A DNA stretch of 64,000 nucleotides, taken from assembly GCF_964355755.1 (NCBI RefSeq), contig NC_092680.1:22205045-22269044 (forward strand), given 5' to 3'. Below, in pieces: positions 41,201 through 50,200 of the stretch. How positions within the stretch are numbered: position 1 is the first letter of the stretch; each line of letters opens with the position of its first letter. The position numbers were made by a program, and so were the translations under genes. The notes under the pieces are model-generated. The model did no database searches. It was not told the DNA's origin and saw only the letters and a program-made list of their open reading frames with translations. The stretch comes from Antedon mediterranea. Its lineage: Eukaryota; Animalia; Echinodermata.

Positions 41201-44200
41201 ACATTAAATTATGTGCTTGACCAGAATATTAGGCCTAAACTATGTTAGGCCAACTAGACCTGGTCATACTACTGTAATAGCCTAACAAAATACCTGGCCA
41301 ACATGTCCTACAGTAAATAATACATGTCAAAGGTCAATAATTACATTCTAAGTACTGGAGTAATGAAATTTTGTATAAAACATGATTTAGTTGCTTTATT
41401 GACTTTCATTGTTAGTTTTACTTTCAAAACCAAAACAGATTTGTTTATGCGGATTTTCAATTAGTCTACACTAGAATACTATACAGATGAGATACTATCA
41501 GTCAAAATGTTAAAATAAAAATGATTTTAAGTTTGCTTGTGATTGGAGACTCAATAGTTGGAAAATCTAGCTTAATAATGAGATTTGTTGATAGACACTG
41601 TATAAACCCATTTACTACAATCGGTAAGTACAGTAACACAATGTGTGCATTTATGTACCCACAGGTTTTTAAAAATAAATGGAGGATGATACACAAATCT
41701 AAATAAATAAGACTTTTTATTGTTCAATATTTGTCTCATGCGGCCCACTATTAAAGACTACTGTATTAAATGTGATTCAAACGTGAACATTTGAGATTTT
41801 AGAGTCTCTGCTTTACATTTTAATTTCAAATATTAAATGGTTGGCTTTATTTTATGACAACTTACTTCCTGCTTTGTGTTGTTCAACAAAAAATTATGAT
41901 TATACAGAGAGTATTGCTGTGTGTCCCTAGTCTAAATTATGATGATTATACAGAGAGTATTGCTGTGTGTCCCTAGTCTAAATTATGATGATTATACAGA
42001 GAGTATTGCTGTGTGTCCCTAGTCTAAATTATGATGATTATACAGAGAGTATTGCTGTGTGTCCCTAGTCTAAATTATGATGATTATACAGAGAGTATTG
42101 CTGTGTGTCCCTAGTCTAAATTAGGATGATTATACAGAGAGTATTGCTGTGTGTCCCTAGTCTAAATTATGATGATTATACAGAGAGTATTGCTGTGTGT
42201 CCCTAGTCTAAATTATGATGATTATACAGAGAGTATTGCTGTGTGTCCCTAGTCTAAATTATGATGATTATACAGAGAGTCACTAGTCTAATTAATTGTT
42301 TTTAATTTATTATTTGGAAAAAATGAAGCAGCAAACTAACAAAATGTGTTTTCCTATTTCCATTGATTTAAGTTATTGACTACAGTAGTGACATTTATAA
42401 ATTTGACACCGTGTGTCAACTTATGGTATCTGTGGTGTATAGTGTTCAGACACAACGTTTACCAACGACACTGTGTGTCAACTCATGGTATCTGTGGTGT
42501 ATAGTGTTCAGACACAACGTTTACCAACGACACTGTGTGTCAACTCATGGTATCTGTGGTGTATAGTGTTCAGACACAACGTTTACCAACGACACTGTGT
42601 GTCAACTCATGGTATCTTTGGTGTCTAGTGTTCAGACACAACGTTTACCAACGACACTGTGTGTCAACTCATGGTATCTTTGGTGTCTAGTGTTCAGACA
42701 CAACATTTACCAACGACACTGTGTGTCAACTCATGGTATCTTTGGTGTCTAGTGTTCAGACACAGCGATTACCAACGACACTGTGTGTCAACTCATGGTA
42801 TCTGTGGTGTATAGTGTTCAGACACAACGTACCAACGACACTGTGTGTCAACTCATGGTATCTTTGGTGTCTAGTGTTCAGACACAGCGATTACCAACGA
42901 CACTGTGTGTCAACTCATGGTATCTTTGGTGTCTAGTGTTCAGACACAGCGATTACCACAAAGAAAGTAAAGTACACAGCAGCTTCAGAGTGGATTGCAG
43001 AATTTAAATTACATAATTTATTACTCATAAACATCCAATGTCAACATAATGATTTGATTATTATTATCTGCATGTTATTTTTAAGCTATGTACTATGTAT
43101 GACACATGTAGTTGTTTCCTTCTAGCAAAATATAATCAGGATCTTCAAAAGTACTTATTTCCTGTATATCATCAAGTTTATTGGTGTTCCTACTGATAAC
43201 ACAATCAGTTCACTTTAAGAAACAGTATCCTGCTGTGGAGCTTTGTCATTTGATACCAAAATGAATGTAGTGCCTTCTATTGGCAGCCATGATGGCTACA
43301 ACAGGTCATGTTGTTTGAAGTAGTAGAAATCTTCAAGTTCATGTGATATTATTTTAGGAAGCATTGTGCCCTGTGTTGTGCTATATTATTTTAGGAAGCA
43401 TTGTGCCCTGTCTTGTGGATTTGTTACAATTTGGAACTCTTTTTTTGTGTGCAATGAGTTTGGATTCCAGTTTGTTTACACTGATGGATGATACAATTCC
43501 AACAATGGAGACAAATATTGAAATACTGTAAACAAGTAAATTTCAGTATGTATGATAATAGACAGAAGGGAAGTTTGACTTTCCAACTTAGCCGTGAGTG
43601 GGGTCAAAATTGTAGACCTTACGACAAACTCTTAAAATTAATAATTATTGGCGATTCAAGTGTTGGTAAATCTTGTATTCTTGATCGATTTAGCCGGGAT
43701 ATTTTCCGACCTTCTGGTATTGAAATTCAGATAGGTAAGATAATTTATTGTGTAATGTAATTGATCATTTGGAAAATGTTAGTTGATTGACCGTCAGTAT
43801 AGTACAGTAGTAGATTAAAATCTAGAGAGTTAGCCTATTTTAGTACATGGCTAACAGTAACACTAATGATATAATTCTCTTTCTAGGTAGGCTTTAAACT
43901 AGGCTTTATTACATGGATAATGTTACAGTAAGGAAATATCTATTAAACCTGAGAATCAAAATGTAGTTGGGTTGCCCTGATAATTTTACAGTTACAGTAC
44001 ATGAAATAATCTATTTATGAATCTGAGAATGACAATGGAGTTTTGGTTGCCCTAATCATTTTACAGTACATGAAATAATCTATTAACCCTGAGAATGACA
44101 ATGTAGTTTTGGTTGCCCTAATCATTTTACAGTACATGAAATAATCTATTAACCCTGAGAATGACAATGTAGTTTTGGTTGCCCTAATCATTTTACAGTA

Positions 44201-47200
44201 CAGTACATGAAATAATCTATTAACCCTAAGAATGACAATGTAGTTTTGGTTGCCCTAATCATTTTACAGTACAGTACATGAAATAATCTATTAACCCTGA
44301 CAATCAAAATGTAGTGGTTTGATGTACAGTAGGCCTACAATATTACCCATGGATCATTGTACATAAAAATACTGTTCATTTGGTTGATTATTCTAATATG
44401 GGCTTTAACGTACAGTTGGAACATTATCTCATACTTAGTTTATTTCTTTATTTCAACAAGAAGATTGTCAATCCAGCAGAGCCCAAAGATGGTTATTGGG
44501 GACCCTCAGTTAACAATACAATTTGACATTACAATGATTGTAACAGACAAACAACAATTAAAATTAAATTAAAATAAATAATAATTATTGTCAGCCTATC
44601 TGAGAATTAAGCCTAATTTAAGTGAATAACAACTTGTTGTTGTGATACAGCATAGTATTGCAATATCCAAGTGATGTTTACACTACGAACAAGGTCATAA
44701 TATTGTAATATAATAGCATGCAGGTCATGTATCATGTATTTAAAAGTAGCAATATTAGGATGTCAAGTAAAGTAATAAAGGAAATACATAATATACAAAC
44801 AAAATCATTATTCTTGAAATAAAAAGAAATAAGCCTGTAGTCTGTTTCAGTATACTGTATTACTATACTAAACACTATCAAGAATTGTGTAGATTTTGAG
44901 ATTTGGTATCGGCTGATTTTGATATGCGACTGTTTGCTTACCTCACACTTGTTGTATGGTATTATTGTGGAATGCTTCCTCTTCTCACATTCTATACTGT
45001 AGCTTGTAGTATATACCTAGTCATCAAACAATTGTACAACAAAAACCAGTGGTTGTCAAAAGAGTTATAGTTGAATGGTTTTTTATAATACACCATCCCA
45101 ACATTGATTAGCTGGCTGGTGTTTGGTACAACAGTAAAACTGGAAGCAATGAAAACTGGTTTTAACAGAGTACTTATTGTAAAAGACATACATGACCATG
45201 GCATTATAGTTTGAGGTAAGCTGGCCAGAGGCTAAGCCTCTAACATGAGGGAATCTATCATTAAATTGATGTTACTTGGAGACTCAACTGTTGGCAAAAC
45301 ATCTATCATGTTTAAGTATATCTATGATGATTACGAGTTTACGAACTTAACAACTATAGGTAAGTACTCAGTTTCCTGGTACAGTAGTTATGTCATTGTT
45401 AGTCTTTGATTTATTATAACTTATTCTTAATATTATTGTTGTTTGTAAAAGTCACAGTAATACTGTATTATACACATTAGGCAAAGAACATTAATTCTAA
45501 ACTGCCCGGTGATAATACTGTATATATAAATATCAATAGCTGGGCTGACAATTCAATCAAATTTTACTTTGGTTTATAGCTTTATTATAATACAAGTTTG
45601 TACTGTGTTGAAAGCAGACCATGATCACTCCATTTTGAAATGTTAAATAGATGATGTTCAATAAATGGTTTAAATGTAACTTGAAAGTCGGTTATTAGCT
45701 ACCTGGATTTTCATTGTTTATACGCAAGACTTGACTTTGCAAATTAGTATTTAACTTGCCCGATACTAATACTAATAGGCATGTTCTGAAAAGAATTATT
45801 TCCTATTCTCAGTTCTACTAAAACACAAAATAATAACCATACATCTACTGTACACTGAATCATAAAAGTGGAATTTCAAAAATGATTGAGGTGTTTAAGG
45901 AAAGAACCATCCTAGAGCCCATCATTGTCTTCCCTGCCCACTTTAACAATGGTAGTGTCCACAATGGGTGGTTAATGACCTACACTTTGAAAGCAAGGCA
46001 TGCTTGTTGCAGTGCTCAAAGTACATGCATTACCCCACTTTAACAATGGTAGTGTCCACTATGGGTGGTAATGTTTTGGTGGTTAATGTCCTACACTTTG
46101 AAAGCAAAGCATGATTATTGTGGCAGTGCTCAAAGTACATGCATTACCCCACTTTAACAATGGTAGTGTCCACAATGGGTTGTTAATGACCTACACTTTG
46201 AAAGCAAGGCATGCTTGTTGCTGTGCTCAAAGTACATGCATTACCCCAGTTTAACAATGGTAGTGTCCACTATGGGTGGTTAATGTTCTGGTGGTTAATG
46301 TCCTACACTTTGAAAGCAAGGCATGCTTGTTGCAGTGCTCAAAGTACATGCATTACCCCACTTTAATAATGGTAGTGTCCACTATGGGTGGTTAATGTTC
46401 TGGTGGTTTAATGTCCTACACTTTGAAAGCAAAGCATGATTATTGTTGCAGTGCTCAAAGTACATGCATTACCCCACTTTAATAATGGTAGTGTCCACTA
46501 TGGGTGGTTAATGTCCTACACTTTGAAAGCAAAGCATGCTTGTGGCAGTGCTCAAAGTACATCCATTACCCCACTTTAACAATGGTAGTGTCCACTATGG
46601 GTGGTTAATGTTCTGGTGGTTAATGTCCTACACTTTGAAAGCAAAGCATGATTATTGTGGCAGTGCTCAAAGTACATGCATTACCCCACTTTAACAATGG
46701 TAGTGTCCACTATGGGTGATTAATGTTCTGGTGGTTATTGTCTTTGTCCGTCCAGTGGTTAATGTCCTACACTTTGAAAGCAAAGCATGATTATTGTTGC
46801 AGTGCTCAAAGTACATCCATTACCCCACTTTAACAATGGTAGTGTCCACTATGGATGGTTAATGTTCTGGTGGTTATTGTCTCTGTCCATCCAGTGGTTA
46901 ATGTCCTACACTTTGAAAGCAAAGCATGATTATTGTTGCAGTGCTCAAAGTACATCCATTACCCCACTTTAACAATAGTAGTGTCCACTATGGGTGTTTA
47001 ATTGTCGTATTCGATTGGGAACTTTCATTGTCAACGTAAAGATTCGTTAAGTACTTTTTGTATTCGAATTGTAAATTTGTGCTCAACAGAAAGTCATTTG
47101 AATAGAAAACGTTGACAACGAAAGCTTTTTCGTTAAGAACAATCTCAACGCTCAAAATACTCCATTAAAAAGTACTCAACGGAAAAACTACTCAGCGGGC

Positions 47201-50200
47201 CACTCGAATACGACAAATGTTCTGGTGGTTATTGTCTCTGTCCGTCCAGTGGTTAATGTCCTACACTTTGAAAGCAAAGCATGATTATTGTTGCAGAGCT
47301 CAAAGTATGCATTTTAACTACTTATCTTCTGTCTATATTTATCAAGATAAGATATTTGTTTTGGGTTGGGGTGTGACGAAATGGAAGCTTCCACTTTTAA
47401 AGAGGGAGCTGAGTAAATGAAGAAAATATAATTTGAATTTACAATATATTTATTTTTGTACTTAAATTGAACAAAACAAATTCTTCAGAGCACTTAATTG
47501 TTAATTCAATATGTTGCCACTGAGAGGCTACTTTGGTCTGGTATTGTGAAGGTTTCTATTGTCATCTATTGTTATCTATTATAATAGCTGTGTTTGGTTA
47601 ACAAGGTCATAGAACACCTTTTCTTTTAGTCACAATGTACACTGTATTATGTCATCAATAGAACAAAAAGGCAGATACCACACATGTTTCAGCAGTTTGC
47701 ACATTTGAACATCAGTACCCAGGTTTGATTCATCTTACAATACTAGTTCAAGGAATCAGGACATATTTAAATATTTAAAAATACATTCTGGAGCTGAAAT
47801 AACCACAAGTGGAAGTACAGTATATTGTAGAAAGAAGATATACCAATAACAATTATAGAAGAGAATAATTTCAATAAGATCAAAGAGCAAACCAAAGAGG
47901 ACCAACAACAACATTTTATTGGATTATATTAACAGGACCAAAGAACTTAATTATACAAACTGGATCTACAGACTTGAATTCTACTGACCAAAGGGCAACA
48001 GGGTCAAAGGGCTTGGATTATATCAAAGGACCAAATAACACCACCTTATCACCCGTGTTACAACTACATTTCAGTTGGAGTATTAGATCTAAAGGATTGA
48101 TTGGAATTCAGTGCCAAAATAATTGTATTTAGTTCGTAGTAAATTCAAGTGTAATTGAAAACCTACTAAAACTGTAGACAACATGGATTTGAATGCAAAA
48201 TGGAATGGCTTATCTAAACCATTTGATTATATGTTTAAAATAATCATTGTTGGGGACAGTTTTATTGGAAAATCTAGTTTGGTAGCTAAATTTTTGAATG
48301 GAGAGAATGATGTGTGTGAATCACGTGTACCTACTGTTGGTAAGAACTTCATTTCTAGATTCTACATAAACTCATACGTTCCGCAGCCTATGGGTTGCGA
48401 AATGCAATGGGGAACAAGCACATATTTTGCCTTCTGTGTTGGGTCCAATTGTCTTATTCATTGGACCCAATAGTCTTTGTATTTGTGGGAATGGCTAAAC
48501 GTCTTTACTCACCATCTTTATTGAATACACGTTTAGAGGTTGTATATTTCTTGTTTATCTTGTAATTTTTATGAGCCAATTCTCAATATGGTATGCGCAT
48601 AGTTTGATAACTGCAAGTGGAAAATCCACAAAATAGTTAGGCCTGATAATTTCCAACTTTAGACATGATCGTCTTTAACTGGTTCCATGGTTCCGATGTT
48701 TGACAACAAACACCAAATAAAAAAAAATAGAAAAGATCCTTATTTCTACCTCTCTAAAGTTTTGTAAAAAGTGCAGTGAGCTTTTAAATTATTTTTACAT
48801 TGGTAGAATTATAAGAGTGCAATTTCTGACTTTTCAAACATTTTGAATATTGGATTAATATTAGGTATAATTTAGTGTAATTAAGATTTCTTTTTCCAGC
48901 CACATTTTTTCCTGATTCTAATAGTTTAGGGATTAGGTCTAAAACAAAATCAACCGTGTGTTTATACAGTATGCCCTTTCTGTCATTCTTGCGTATCCAT
49001 TTTATGGTCGCAAGAAGAATCCATGATTTAGAATCGGGGTCGCTGTTCAAAAAGGTAGTAGAAAGAATGATAACAACTATTGTAAATTTTTATCTTAACA
49101 GGTATAGACTTTAAAATCAAGACAGTTGAGTTGAATGGGAAGAAGATTAAGCTACAAATATGGGACACAGCAGGCCAAGAGCGATTCCACACAATCACTA
49201 CCTCCTATTACAGAGGTGCAATGGGAATTATGCTGGTTTATGATATTACACAAGAGAAAACATTTGATAACATTGCAAAATGGTTAAGGAACATCCAGGA
49301 AGTATGTCTCATCACTAGCTTCTCAAAAACAAATACATTTTTTCCCGTCCATCTAATATCACCCAATTTCCTCAATAACGTTCCATCCCAATGCCTTCGC
49401 TCCTCTGGCAAATCATTGTTATCAATATCTGTTCCCTGTTTCTGGACTAAGACTTACGGGGGTGGATGCTTTCTTTCTTTGGAATGAACTCCCTCATTTT
49501 GTAAAACTTTTAACCACTGTTGACTCATTTAAAATTGATTTAAAAACTCATTTATTTAGCAGATTTCAAGATACAATGCACATTTGATAAACCTTTTGGA
49601 ATTGGCGCTATATAATGTTTGATTATTATTTATTGTTATTCTAAAAGCATTTGCTAATATTTATTTACTATCTTTTGAAGAACTTTACATTGTAAAAACT
49701 TTGTCAATTTTCTGTGTATTATATTTAACATTTTAGTGTTTAATTCAGATTTTGTTTTCAATTGTAAATAGCATGCAAACGAAGATGTGGAAAAGATGTT
49801 ACTTGGTAATAAATGTGATATGAATGACAAACGAATGGTGAGCACTGAAAGAGGACAATCTGTAAGTAACATACTCTACTCTTATAATTGCTTCATTATC
49901 GATTTTTTTAGGCCAATCAAGTGTTTGTTGTTGTTGTGAGCCTTTGTTTATATATAACATCTTGTGTGATGTCGCCTGTACAGTACATGGGACAGCGATA
50001 AAAATTGCTATTGGCTTACTATGACAGTGCCAGTGCTGTACTCTCACTACAGTGTCAGTGCTGTACTCTCACTACAGTGTCAGTAGTGTAATGTTAACTA
50101 CAGTGTCAGTGCTGTACTCTCGCTACAGTGTCAGTAGTGTACTGTGTTAACTACAGTGTCAGTGCTGTACTCTCGCTACAGTGTCAGTAGTGTACTGTGT

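Noticed and set aside
44357-44572. ORF containing MVIGDPQ as a possible seventh Rab first exon
   Set aside because: No GK[ST], no switch I and no phase-1 donor; chance similarity.
39914-48339. Interpretation of the extra Rab exons as separate tandem Rab genes, processed pseudogenes or internal cassette exons
   Set aside because: No DTAGQ, NKxD or SAK exons were found between them; homology stops exactly at the exon-1 donor, so they are not retrocopies; they begin with their own ATG, and inclusion after exon 1a would duplicate the P-loop.
48350-49050. Minus-strand ORF 48784-49050 and adjacent sequence as a nested gene
   Set aside because: No recognisable domain, and stops in the continuing frames; at most a decayed retroelement fragment, which I cannot support.
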